A stretch of 64,000 nt of DNA from an uncultured Nitrospiraceae bacterium (GTDB taxonomy: Bacteria; Nitrospirota; Nitrospiria; Nitrospirales; Nitrospiraceae), in NCBI GenBank assembly GCA_963706325.1, contig CAVPLT010000005.1, positions 128,001-192,000 on the forward strand, in the 5' to 3' direction. Made by a program: the position numbers and the translations under genes. The notes under the pieces were generated by a model. That model saw nothing but the letters and a program-made list of their open reading frames with translations, had not been told where the DNA came from and ran no database searches. Of the stretch, positions 1 through 10,074 are shown piece after piece (the first letter of the stretch is position 1; each line of letters starts with the position of its first letter).

Positions 1-51
1 CCAATCAATACCTGAATGAGGCATGGGACGAGGGCAAGGGTCATCGTATCG

Positions 52-438
52 CTAGGCGCGTCTGGGGAGGGCGAGTGCTGCTTGAATGGTGTGTAAGATC
101 GAACCTGTCGCAACCGGCTCGAGCAAGCAGTATTCGATTTGGAGTTCGCGTACCACGCGTTGAAACTTTTCCCCCTCTCGTGCGGGGTCGTGTAAAGCGG
201 CCGTCACGATGAGACGTGCGGTTGGGAAGGTCTGTCGCAGCTGCACCAGGTCTTCGGGACCCTGATCGTCGTCAGACACGAGACGGGCAATGACCAGATC
301 GAGTGTGGACGCCAAGGGCTGAACGGGAGCGGTCTGCAAACTCGCACTATGTCGGACAACGTGTTCCATGCCCGGCAAGGCCAGTTTGATGAGCCGCTTG
401 AGGTTTGGGTCTGCATTTACGACAAGAATATTAGCCAT
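52..438 (-). CDS. Atypical receiver (CheY-like) domain protein
   Basis: 128 aa ORF with receiver-like pattern (ANILVVNAD..., LDLVIARL, YCLLEP); phosphoacceptor Asp and conserved Lys appear replaced. Confidence 0.6.
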   Translation of the reverse strand: MANILVVNADPNLKRLIKLALPGMEHVVRHSASLQTAPVQPLASTLDLVIARLVSDDDQGPEDLVQLRQTFPTARLIVTAALHDPAREGEKFQRVVRELQIEYCLLEPVATGSILHTIQAALALPRRA

Positions 439-537
439 AACATTCAGCCGAGACGCGCAGTGGTTCCGTGTGAGCGACCTTAACCGGATACAGCGGTCTT
501 ATCTGGGAGAATGTGCTTCTTCCCCATAGGATGCGGA

Positions 538-1224
538 CTACACGACTTGTTGATCGAGGGCGTACCGCACCAGCTCCGCCGTCGTTTTCAGTCCGAGCTT
601 GATGAGTAGCCGTGTGCGATAAGTGCTGACCGTTTTGATGCTCAACTTCAGGTGCTCCGCAATGTCCGTCAAACGCCGGCCCTGCGCAATCCATTGAAGC
701 ACTTCAAACTCCCGATCCGACAATACTGGGGGATGAGAATCGCCAAGTAAGGCATTCCTATGCGGTCCTCTGTATTGATGAGGTGCCGCCGCATCAGCGT
801 GGCGATACGGTTCGCCTTGTAGAAGCCTCGACACCGCCGAGCGGAGTTCTTCCGGGCCTCTGTCCTTTGTGAGATAGCCGAGTGCGCCGGCCCGAACCGC
901 ACGAGCCGCATAGTGTTCTTCAGCATAGATGCTTAGAACCAGGGCGGCTGCCGTGGGTTGTACTGATTTGAGAATGCGCAAGATTTCCAGGCCGGGCATG
1001 TCAGGCAAGTTCAGGTCGAGAATCACGAGGTTCCAGGTTGCCGCATGGATTTGCGCAATAGCATCGTGGGCGGAACTCGTTCCTACGATGTGGGGCGTTA
1101 ACCCGTCTTCTGCGAGAAAATCCCGAAGGCACTCCCTCAGGCCTCGAGGCACCAACGCATGATCGTCTGCGATCAATATCTTGAGGTGAGGCGGGAAGTG
1201 GCTGCGGTCCTGGGGAAATTCCAT
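538..1224 (-). CDS. NarL/FixJ-family two-component response regulator
   Basis: KILIADDH, LVILDLNLPD receiver motifs plus C-terminal LuxR HTH (LSDREFEVLQ...SIKTVSTYRTR); start chosen at ATG 1224. Confidence 0.92.
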   Translation of the reverse strand: MEFPQDRSHFPPHLKILIADDHALVPRGLRECLRDFLAEDGLTPHIVGTSSAHDAIAQIHAATWNLVILDLNLPDMPGLEILRILKSVQPTAAALVLSIYAEEHYAARAVRAGALGYLTKDRGPEELRSAVSRLLQGEPYRHADAAAPHQYRGPHRNALLGDSHPPVLSDREFEVLQWIAQGRRLTDIAEHLKLSIKTVSTYRTRLLIKLGLKTTAELVRYALDQQVV

Positions 1225-1706
1225 CTTATGCCAGCTCGTAGCGCGTCTCAGAGGCCCATACCATCCGACCCTCGGCATGGGTTGTTACGATTGACATTGA
1301 TTCGAGTCGATCTATCAGGCTGACATTCGAAGTGTGAACGCTGTAACGAAGGCACATGGGCGCCGCCTCTTCTCGACGCGCCCCTAGAGAAACTCTCCGA
1401 GTCATGGAATGAAGGCCAAAAGGACCCCTGCACCCAAGGGTGTTGTACGGGGGGCGATCAGCACTGGATGTCGGCGCCGTCATGAAGCTAAATGTGTGTC
1501 TCGGGGAAACCATGAGAACATGCGGGGGAGATATAGCAGAAGCATTGATGCAGGACATAGAGCTGATCGGCTCTAGAGGTACGGATAAGACCCAGGTTAT
1601 CGTACTAGGGTGAGCGGCTAAGCCTTGGGATGGTAGGAATGCTTGTTGAGCGACCGTTTCGATGGATCGGCCAGGTGATCGGAATTCATGAGGAGTGTGG
1701 GTGTGA

Positions 1707-3239
1707 TCAAAGCCGATACAGCGCGCCATACTTTTCTTCGAGGTACCGCAGAAACGGTTCGGGGTCGACCCCCGATCCGGTCACCCTTCTAGCCAGATGA
1801 TCAGGAGTAAACATCCGTCCCCACCGATGGATTTTTTGTTCCAGCCATCGACGGAGCGGCAGTAAGTTGCCCGCTTCCATATCTTCGTTCAATTGCGACA
1901 GTTCCCGTTTGGCCTGTTGGAAGAACTGGACGGAATAGAGATTGCCTAACGTATAGGTGGGGAAGTAGCCAAACGCTCCCATCGACCAGTGGACATCCTG
2001 AAGAACCCCTTCGGCATCCCGTTCCGGCACGATCCCCAGATAGGATTGCATCTTGTCATTCCATAAACCCGGTAAGTCCTCGGCCTGCGCTCGTCCCTCG
2101 ATGAGAGCCTGTTCGATTTCGACGCGAAGCATGATGTGCAGGTTATAGGTCAGTTCGTCCGCTTCGACGCGAATCAGGGATGGGGCGGCACGGTTGATCG
2201 CGGCATAGAACCGCTCGAGTGGCACATGTGCCAACTGTTGCGGAAAGGTGTGTTGCAACATCGGAAAGAAACAGCGCCAGAACGGGAGCGAGCGGCCGAC
2301 GCAATTCTCCCAGAGTCGTGACTGGCTCTCATGGAAACCGAGTGAAAGGGATTCGCCCAGGGGCGTGCCATAGTAACGAGGGTCCAATCCTTGATCGTAA
2401 AGGCCGTGACCCCCTTCATGAATGCAGCTGAACAGGCAGGAGGGCAAGTCTTTTTCGAAGACCCGCGTCGTTACACGAACATCGGTGGGGTGGAAAGAGG
2501 TGGTGAAGGGATGGGCCGAGAGGTCGAGTCGGCCACGGTCGAAATCATAACCCATGGCGGTGAGCACGAGCCGCCCAAACTCCACCTGCTTGGTCTGGTC
2601 GAAGTTTTGGTGCAGACAGCTGTCGTCGATGATCACTGCGCTGGACTGCACGTGCTTCAACAGCGGAACGAGACGTTCGCGCAGCCGAGCGAAGAGCGGC
2701 GTCAGCTGCGCCACTGTGGCTCCCGGCTCGTAAGTGTCCAGGAGCGCGTCGTAGGGTGAGGCCCGGTAGCCCAAGTAGTGTGCTTCGTCGCGTTTGAGGC
2801 CCAGCACAGTTTTGAGCGACGGCAAGAATTTTGCGAAACGGCTCTCATGGCGTGCCGTCACCCAGGCCTGTTGAGCCAAGGAACATTCGCGACTCAAGCG
2901 GATCACAAAATCAGACGGAAGTTTCTTCGCGCGGCTGAAATCACGCCAAGTCTCCCGCAAGAGCGCGCGCGACGGTTCATCCCAATTCTCGGTCGGGGAT
3001 TCGAGTGACGCTCCTGTGGCCGGATCAATCCACTGGGTGAGGAGACGTTCGACCTCCTCGGACACGAGCTTCTGATGCGCAAGACCTTCCAAGGTTGCGA
3101 TCTGCTCGGCTCGGGCCGCCCCGCCACCTACCGGCATGTACGTCTCCTGATCCCAGGATAGAACTGATGCGGCGCTCTGGATGCGTCGGATTTCAACGAG
3201 TCGAGCCGTCAGGGGTTCCAATATTGCCAACGTCTTCAC
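1707..3239 (-). CDS. Carboxypeptidase M32 (Taq-type)
   Basis: WDQETYMP, HPF, IHEGGH (HExxH), HESQSR, IRVEADE, QDVHW, GYFPTY motifs. Confidence 0.95.
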   Translation of the reverse strand: MKTLAILEPLTARLVEIRRIQSAASVLSWDQETYMPVGGGAARAEQIATLEGLAHQKLVSEEVERLLTQWIDPATGASLESPTENWDEPSRALLRETWRDFSRAKKLPSDFVIRLSRECSLAQQAWVTARHESRFAKFLPSLKTVLGLKRDEAHYLGYRASPYDALLDTYEPGATVAQLTPLFARLRERLVPLLKHVQSSAVIIDDSCLHQNFDQTKQVEFGRLVLTAMGYDFDRGRLDLSAHPFTTSFHPTDVRVTTRVFEKDLPSCLFSCIHEGGHGLYDQGLDPRYYGTPLGESLSLGFHESQSRLWENCVGRSLPFWRCFFPMLQHTFPQQLAHVPLERFYAAINRAAPSLIRVEADELTYNLHIMLRVEIEQALIEGRAQAEDLPGLWNDKMQSYLGIVPERDAEGVLQDVHWSMGAFGYFPTYTLGNLYSVQFFQQAKRELSQLNEDMEAGNLLPLRRWLEQKIHRWGRMFTPDHLARRVTGSGVDPEPFLRYLEEKYGALYRL

Positions 3240-3325
3240 CTTCGCGCTCCTTCTCTCAATAAGACCGTGTTATGATCCCGCGGCCGAGGCGAATTGTCGC
3301 ATAACTCTCTCACGGAGTGAAACCA

Positions 3326-3988
3326 ATGGCCGATCTGGTCCTGCCGCAAATTGACGCCTATGCCGCCGCCCATTCCTTGCCGGAAACCCCGGTTCGCAAA
3401 GCCCTACGCGAGGAAACGGAACGCACGATGGAGTTTGCCCGCATGCTCGTCGGCCCGTTGGAAGGGGCATTTTTGCATATGATGACTCGTCTGGTGCAGG
3501 CCCAGCGGGTGCTGGAAATCGGGATGTTTACGGGATACAGCGCACTCTGTTTTGCCGAAGCACTGCCCGAAGAAGGACGCGTGGTCACGTGCGAGGTAGA
3601 TGAAGAGTCTGCGGCCGTTGCTCGGCGTTACTTCGCCCAATCACCGCACGGCCGCAAGATTGAGATTCGCATGAGCCCCGCGCTGGAGACGATGGCTGAG
3701 TTGAAGGGGCCGTTCGACTTGATTTTTATCGATGCCGACAAAGTGAATTATCTTAATTATTACCATCGTGGGATGGAGCTGCTGTCACCTCGCGGCGTGA
3801 TGCTCATCGATAACGTCTTGTGGGACGGAGAAGTCCTGCGCGATCCCCCGCCGGACGACCGTACTGCGGCGATCCAGGAACTCAATCGAGTCGTCACCCG
3901 AGATGCTCACGTGACCGCCGTGCTGGCAACCATTCGAGACGGCATTTGGGTGATCACGCCAACCCCGTCGAATCACGCAGCGCCCTAA
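3326..3988 (+). CDS. SAM-dependent O-methyltransferase (caffeoyl-CoA OMT-like)
   Basis: VLEIGMFTGYS, FIDADK, IDNVLW motifs; start could be 3317 (GTG) or 3326 (ATG). Confidence 0.9.
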   Translation: MADLVLPQIDAYAAAHSLPETPVRKALREETERTMEFARMLVGPLEGAFLHMMTRLVQAQRVLEIGMFTGYSALCFAEALPEEGRVVTCEVDEESAAVARRYFAQSPHGRKIEIRMSPALETMAELKGPFDLIFIDADKVNYLNYYHRGMELLSPRGVMLIDNVLWDGEVLRDPPPDDRTAAIQELNRVVTRDAHVTAVLATIRDGIWVITPTPSNHAAP

Positions 3989-4036
3989 ACAGCCTGCGCA
4001 GAGATGGATTCTACGTTCCGTCGAGGGATCATACGG

Positions 4037-4948
4037 ATGGAGAAACCGACAACATTCGCAGCCTATACCGCTCTCACCGCCTCAGCGCTGGTGTGGGGCG
4101 GCTCCATCGTGGGGCAGAAGATGGCTTTGGGGGCGTTCTCCGCGGTGGAGACGTCGGTTCTGCGTGCCGTCGGTGCGCTGGCGATTCTGATCCCGCTGTG
4201 GTGGTGGACCGAAGGCGGCCGCACCACCTTCACGGCTCGTGATCTCAAATTCCTGTGCCTGTTGGGTCTGGGGGTGCTGGGGAATCATCTCCTGACTCTG
4301 TTCGGTCTTCGCTATATCGGCGCTTCCACCGCCGGGGTCCTCATCGGCGCCAGTCCGGCCATTACGGCGTTGCTCTCCTCGCTGCTCGTCCGCGATATTC
4401 CTTTCCGGACAGTCGCAGCCGGCTGCGCCATATCCTTCGCGGGGGTTGCCCTCGTGTCCGGCGTGGGAGGAGATGCCCCTATTGGAGAGAGTCCCTGGCT
4501 AGGCGGCATCCTTGTCTTATTGGGCCTGGTCAGTTGGGCGCTGTATTCGATCGGTGGTCGGGAGGTTATGGAGCGGCTGTCTCCGCTGACTGTCAACTGG
4601 ACGACGTTATTGGTCTCTCTGCTGCTGCAGATTCCGCTCCTCTGGACCGATCAAAAGCTGCTGCTCTCCGGGACCGCAGTAGTACCAGTTTCAGGCTGGC
4701 TGGCGTTGTTCTACCTCATCGTGTTTGCGACGGCGTTGGGCCAACAGGCTTGGTTGTACGGGGTACAAGGGGTAGGTCCCTCCCGCGCCGGCGTATTCGT
4801 CAATTTGATTCCAGTGTCAGCGCTGCTCTTGTCCGCTGCGGTGCTGGGTGATGTGATTGGGGTTCGTGAAGTCGGAGGCATTCTCCTCATCCTCGCCGGT
4901 GTCTGGTTGGTGGGGTGGCAATCGACCCGACACAAGCAATCTGTGTGA
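4037..4948 (+). CDS. DMT/EamA-family transporter
   Basis: About 10 hydrophobic segments in two repeats; WG, GPSRAGVFVNLIPV motifs. Confidence 0.9.
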   Translation: MEKPTTFAAYTALTASALVWGGSIVGQKMALGAFSAVETSVLRAVGALAILIPLWWWTEGGRTTFTARDLKFLCLLGLGVLGNHLLTLFGLRYIGASTAGVLIGASPAITALLSSLLVRDIPFRTVAAGCAISFAGVALVSGVGGDAPIGESPWLGGILVLLGLVSWALYSIGGREVMERLSPLTVNWTTLLVSLLLQIPLLWTDQKLLLSGTAVVPVSGWLALFYLIVFATALGQQAWLYGVQGVGPSRAGVFVNLIPVSALLLSAAVLGDVIGVREVGGILLILAGVWLVGWQSTRHKQSV

Positions 4949-5386
4949 GCGTTGGCTCTGGTCTGGGTTGCTCGCGAGAGCAGCCTGTCTGGTTGGGGAA
5001 TCAGCCCCCAGTCATTGATATGGGTGGAGCAGGATGGAGTCGCTGAAACTTCGGCAGCTTGCTCGGACCTTCGGCTCCATATCATCGAAGATTGGTGCCT
5101 GAGACGGTGGAAAATGTATGTTCGTCGATCCCCTTTGGCCGATGGATTCGACCTCATCGCGAAAACGCGGTCGATTCTTTCCTAATGCCCCCTGTGGCCT
5201 GTTCCGCGTTTTTTCGAAACAGTGAGCTTTGTCCCTCCTTCTTTTCTCCCATGGGCTCCGTCCTTCGCCCATTCGGTATCACGTCACGTCAGCGATGTAC
5301 TCCGTCCATGCAGACCATGCAATAGGGCCGTATTAGGGCCAATTGTCAGGATTTACCTTGCGGGGAAGGGGGCGTATCTTGAATAC

Positions 5387-5686
5387 ATGCACCCTATGCG
5401 TGTGTTGCTCGTTGGAGATCGCGTAGATGTGCTCGACCTGTTTGAGCATATTTTGACGACGCGAGGGCATGACGTCACTGCTTGCGCGGACGGAGTGTCA
5501 GCGTGGCAGGCGTGTGGTGAGAAACCCTTTGACCTCGTGTTGCTGGATTGGGAGTTGCGCGCGAGTGGTATGGATGGTCTCCAACTTTGTCGGATGATTC
5601 GATCGAGCCGCGGAGGCAACCTGCTCGCGCTGGCGAAGTCATCTGCCGGCATCATCCATCAAACGTGGGCGATTCACAGCGAGTGA
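5387..5686 (+). pseudogene. Truncated response-regulator receiver domain
   Basis: MRVLLV...FDLVLLDW...GMDGLQLCRMIR then similarity ends; no beta4/beta5 with conserved Thr/Lys. Confidence 0.5.
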
Positions 5687-6122
5687 TGGGTCCCTCTGGA
5701 GGACTCAGGCGACGATCCGATGTTGGCACACCTGTGACACATCGGGCGGCGCCATGGACTTGACGGTTTCGGTTGGCTGTACCGGCCGATCTCGTGATAA
5801 GTCCTGAGTATTGTGATAAGTGCGCTTCAATTACTTGGCATAATCCTTGATGTAGTCATGGCTGTTGCATGAACCTTTGTGGCCTTTTGGGAGTCCTGGA
5901 GAGCGATAGACATCGTCATACCAGAGCATTATACGCGAAGCCATTCGTTGATTGGGGCTGCGAGAGGAGTTGGCTGAGAGGGACATTATCACCGGCCACA
6001 TGGGTCAGCTGGACAAGTGGGAATTACCACGGCACGCCCGTGGAACCTAAAACCAACCTTCAACGCCCAGGCGGGCCTTCAATCAGTAACCCTGAATGAT
6101 TCTGAAACAAGGAGAGGCAATT

Positions 6123-6443
6123 ATGTGGAACGAGAAATTAGATCCGTCAGGTTTCGCTCGCAAAGGGAACGTCGGAACAGTATTGCCGGATATCGAACGG
6201 GTTACTGCCAAGGCGGCGATGACCAAACGTCGCCCTGAGGATCTAACCCCTCGTGAAAATGAGATCTTGCAGTTGGTTTGGGCGGGACTCACGAATCGTA
6301 CGATTGCGGAGCAGTTGCACATCAGCATAAAAACAGCGGAGGCGCATCGCGCAAACATGATGAAGAAACTCCGCGTCTCAAACATTGCGCAACTGTTGAA
6401 AACCGCGCTGGAAGAGGGCCTGCTCCTGACTCATGTGAGCTGA
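6123..6443 (+). CDS. LuxR-type HTH regulator without receiver domain
   Basis: LTPRENEILQLVWAGLTNRTIAEQLHISIKTAEAHRANMMKKL; AGGAGAGG RBS upstream of ATG 6123 (alternative starts 6096, 6219). Confidence 0.85.
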   Translation: MWNEKLDPSGFARKGNVGTVLPDIERVTAKAAMTKRRPEDLTPRENEILQLVWAGLTNRTIAEQLHISIKTAEAHRANMMKKLRVSNIAQLLKTALEEGLLLTHVS

Positions 6444-6589
6444 CGGGATGCGCAACGACCTGCGTTAGAGGGAGAAATCCTTCCCGGTATGCGGCAGCTT
6501 CACGCGGATCCTCCTCTCTAGAGGGCAAATGGCGCTCGCTCCGGCGACGGTGTTTACAGTAAAATGCCGCACCATCAAAGGAGCTACCA

Positions 6590-6982
6590 GTGGTCGAACA
6601 ACGAATTGAGGAAATTACCCGCGCGAACCTGACCTTCTACGCCGCCTTTGAAAGTCTGGATATGCTTCAGATGGACAAAGTGTGGGCTCACCTGGAATAT
6701 GTCACCTGCATCCATCCCGGATGGAGCCTTCGGAGCGACTGGCCTGCTGTACGCGATTCCTGGGTGCTGATCTTTAACAACACCTTCTCCATGAAATTTG
6801 AGCTGACGGATGTTCAGGTTCAAGTGGCCGGGGATCTGGGCTGGGTCATCTGCACCGAACACCTGACCAGCCGTCAGGACGACCAACCGGTTGAAACCCG
6901 CGTCCTTGCCACCAATCTGTTCGAACGTATTGGCGATGAATGGTTGATGATTCATCATCATGGCTCGCCCGTTATGGGTTAG
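6590..6982 (+). CDS. SnoaL-like / NTF2-family protein
   Basis: ANLTFYAAFE, CIHPGW, ATNLFE...WLMIHHHGSP; AAGGAG RBS. Confidence 0.85.
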   Translation: MVEQRIEEITRANLTFYAAFESLDMLQMDKVWAHLEYVTCIHPGWSLRSDWPAVRDSWVLIFNNTFSMKFELTDVQVQVAGDLGWVICTEHLTSRQDDQPVETRVLATNLFERIGDEWLMIHHHGSPVMG

Positions 6983-7082
6983 CCCCCGCAGCCCCTCGTT
7001 GGTCTACAGCTGCCTTCCAAAGCATCTCGCTCTGTGAACCTTATGCAATAAGTTCGGAGCGCACTTCTTCGGTGACAAACAC

Positions 7083-7171
7083 TAGGGTCTTGCCGTAACA
7101 ATCCTAGGGAATTTCCGAGGGTAGTCTCGGCTTTTACCTATGACAGATCTCCAAAACAGGATTTTTATAGT
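7083..7171 (+). promoter_or_regulatory. Three phased 14-bp boxes and a -10 element upstream of the acyltransferase/FkbH operon
   Basis: TAGGGTCTTGCCGT (7083), TAGGGAATTTCCGA (7105), TCGGCTTTTACCTA (7127), spaced 22 bp; TATAGT at 7166-7171. Confidence 0.5.
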
Positions 7172-7301
7172 GTCCAGTGCGACTGGACATATGATAACCT
7201 AGCGTCAGCTCGCAATGCAGTATCGTGAGTCGCCACTAGGACGGGCCGCTACGTCGAAAGAACTGAATCGTGCAGGTTGGCCTTTCACAGATTAAGCCAA
7301 A

Positions 7302-7934
7302 ATGGGTAGGGTGAGAGCTATGAGCAGTCGATTTGTGGGCGTTCAGGCTACCGAAATGCCGATGGTCGGATCTCTCATCAGGTTGAATCGAGGTGTCAGG
7401 GATCTGATGAGTTTGATCCACGAGGACTGGGTGACCAATTACCGGGATTGGACGTTGCCGGGGTTTCGAGCCATTGCCGTGCATCGCATAGGGACATGGC
7501 TCTCGGATAGACGTGCAAGCCTGCTGAAATCTTGTTTGCTTACGCTGTACCGGCTCATGTATCGCTATGTGCGGAATCATTATGGAATTGAAATCCCTTT
7601 ACCCGTCACGCTCGGACGTCGCTTGTTCCTGGCGCATCAACACGGCATTGTCTTCCATTGGAAGACGGTGATAGGGGATGACTGTCTGATCCGCCACAGT
7701 GCCACGATAGGCGCTGGGTATGGAGGGGAAAAAACTCTCCATAAAGGACCGCGTATAGGGAATCGCGTGGAGATCGGTCCCGGAGCTGTGATCTTTGCAG
7801 GAGTCAAAATCGGCGATGGCGCCATCATTGGCCCAAATACCGTGGTCATGGCGGATGTTCCAGCTGGGGCTAGAATTTTTGCGGAGGCACCTCGCGTGAT
7901 TCAGTTGCCGAGCGCGCAATGCAAAAGCTCGTGA
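7302..7934 (+). CDS. Left-handed beta-helix acyltransferase (serine acetyltransferase-like)
   Basis: YGIEIP, HQHGIV, IGDDCLIRHSATIG, PRIGNRVEIGPGAVI hexapeptide repeats; true start may be downstream (7320-7407). Confidence 0.88.
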   Translation: MGRVRAMSSRFVGVQATEMPMVGSLIRLNRGVRDLMSLIHEDWVTNYRDWTLPGFRAIAVHRIGTWLSDRRASLLKSCLLTLYRLMYRYVRNHYGIEIPLPVTLGRRLFLAHQHGIVFHWKTVIGDDCLIRHSATIGAGYGGEKTLHKGPRIGNRVEIGPGAVIFAGVKIGDGAIIGPNTVVMADVPAGARIFAEAPRVIQLPSAQCKSS

Positions 7935-8064
7935 CGAAAATAAGGTGTAGACACTCGTTAGAGTAGGCTGGTTCTGCTCCCAGCCAGGGCCTTTCCTAGT
8001 CATCTCAGTCTTGTCTTTAAAGCACACTACAACGTGATTTGATTGGAACGATCTGTCACTCGCC

Positions 8065-10068
8065 ATGAATAGCGCCACACCAGACCACATCTCCCTGGAT
8101 ACTGTGCTGACCGCGGAGGCTCGGGGGGACGCCTTTCGTAAGGCAGGAAAGTTCAAGCATGCCATCCAGGCCTATCTGGAGGCCGTGGCGCATCCACCAT
8201 CGGCCGAATTGTGTCTCAAACTCGCTCGAAGCTTTGAGCAGATCGGAAGCTATTCAGAAGCCTCTCGGTGGGCACTATCCATCGTGGATTCCGGCGACGA
8301 TTATACGGCATGGCAATCCGCATCGACGTTATTGCAACGCTGTGCATTGAAGGCTGAGAGGCCAACGGTCCGGTTCGTCAGGGCGGCGCTTCTGGGAAGC
8401 TATACTACAACCCAGCTCGGCGTGATGCTCTGTCTCGCTGCCAGCCGATTTGGGATCGCGATTGAACTTTATGAGAGCCACTATGGGCAGTACCAACAGG
8501 AGATCATCAATCCCGAAAGCGGGTTGTATGCATTCGGTCCAGAAGTCGTCATCCTGGCGGTTCACGAAAAAGACCTGCGGCTCTCAGAGTACAGCCCGAA
8601 TCCAGAAGAGGACATTGAGCAGGAAGTCAGCCGTTGGACGGCCCTCTGGCGACTGGTTGCGGAACGTTCCCGCGCCCGCATCATTCAGCATAACTTTGCG
8701 CTGCCTTGTGATATCCCCACCGGCCATCTTGCCGCACGTCTCCCCGGATCTCGATACATGATGGCGCAAGCCGTCAATGCTCGCCTTGGTAATGTGGCCG
8801 CGAATGAGGTTTCGCTGGTAGATTGTGAACGTCTGTCCGCATTCATTGGAAAGCCACGATGGTGTGACCCCCGATATTGGAACCTGTCCAAGCAAGCCGT
8901 GGCGCTAGAAGCCATTCCCTTGCTCGCACGACATACGGCGGCAGTCGTGGCGGCGGCGCTTGGGTTAAGTCGGAAATGTCTGGTGCTGGATCTGGACAAT
9001 ACGCTGTGGGGCGGGGTGATCGCAGAAGAAGGATTGGCAGGAATCCAATTGGGCCATGGCGTGGAGGGGGAGGCCTTCGTGGCCTTTCAGGACTATCTCC
9101 TTACATTGAAGGAGAAGGGCGTTATTCTAGCAATCTGCTCCAAGAACAACTATGCCGATGCCATTCTGCCGTTCGAAAAACATACCGAGATGCGACTGAA
9201 ACTTGGAGATATCGCCCTCTTCATTGCCAATTGGGAATCGAAACCCGACAACATCCGCAGGATCGCGAAGACGCTGCAAATCGGACTGGATTCAATGGTA
9301 TTTGTGGATGATAACCCTGTTGAGCGCGAGATCGTGAGCAAGTTTCTGCCCGAAGTTGACGTGATCCCTCTGCCGGAGGATCCGTCGTATTATGTCCGAG
9401 CGCTCTCTCAGTATCTCCTGCTCGAGACGAACTCGTTGACGGCCGAGGATAGTCAGCGAACCGACCAGTATCGGGCCCGGGCGCAGATCCAGGAGCTCGA
9501 GTCTACAGCCGGCTCGATTGAGGATTTTTATCGGAGCCTCCAGATGCAGGCAATTGTGGCGCCATTTGAGGCCTCGCAACTGCCGCGGATTGTTCAGCTC
9601 ATCGGCAAGACCAATCAGTTCAATCTCACCACTCGCCGGTACAGTATGCCGCACCTGGAGGCGTTCGTGCAGGATGCGAGCTGCGTGCACCTCGCGTTAC
9701 GGTTACGGGATCGCTATGCCGATCATGGGCTGGTCAGTCTGATTATCGCGCGCCAACAAGGCACGATGCTGGATATCGATACGTGGCTCATGAGTTGCCG
9801 TGTCATCGGTCGGACCGTGGAAACAACAATCCTGGAGCATCTCTGCCGGCGCGCAGCACAGCTTGGCTGCACGTCGCTTCAGGGAACCTATATTCCGACA
9901 GAGAAGAATGCGATGGCGGCAGATGCATACGCTAAATGTGGATTCGAGCGGGTCAGGCAGGATGGTGGACAGGAAATCTGGTTCTACGATCTTCTTGCCC
10001 AAGGCCTGATCACCAACGAGTTTGTGAAGACGGTCGAATCCTGGGAACTTGCCGATGGCGCTGCCTGA
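8065..10068 (+). CDS. FkbH-like HAD-IIIC glyceryl transferase/phosphatase with N-terminal TPR-like extension
   Basis: LVLDLDNTLWGG (DxDxT), CSKN, FVDDNPVER, KTNQFNLTT, LMSCRVIGR motifs. Confidence 0.93.
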   Translation: MNSATPDHISLDTVLTAEARGDAFRKAGKFKHAIQAYLEAVAHPPSAELCLKLARSFEQIGSYSEASRWALSIVDSGDDYTAWQSASTLLQRCALKAERPTVRFVRAALLGSYTTTQLGVMLCLAASRFGIAIELYESHYGQYQQEIINPESGLYAFGPEVVILAVHEKDLRLSEYSPNPEEDIEQEVSRWTALWRLVAERSRARIIQHNFALPCDIPTGHLAARLPGSRYMMAQAVNARLGNVAANEVSLVDCERLSAFIGKPRWCDPRYWNLSKQAVALEAIPLLARHTAAVVAAALGLSRKCLVLDLDNTLWGGVIAEEGLAGIQLGHGVEGEAFVAFQDYLLTLKEKGVILAICSKNNYADAILPFEKHTEMRLKLGDIALFIANWESKPDNIRRIAKTLQIGLDSMVFVDDNPVEREIVSKFLPEVDVIPLPEDPSYYVRALSQYLLLETNSLTAEDSQRTDQYRARAQIQELESTAGSIEDFYRSLQMQAIVAPFEASQLPRIVQLIGKTNQFNLTTRRYSMPHLEAFVQDASCVHLALRLRDRYADHGLVSLIIARQQGTMLDIDTWLMSCRVIGRTVETTILEHLCRRAAQLGCTSLQGTYIPTEKNAMAADAYAKCGFERVRQDGGQEIWFYDLLAQGLITNEFVKTVESWELADGAA

Positions 10069-10074
10069 CTCGCC

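Noticed and set aside
1226..1729. 167-aa ORF between the regulator and the carboxypeptidase
   Set aside because: No motifs, weak start, overlaps neighbours; more likely regulatory DNA.
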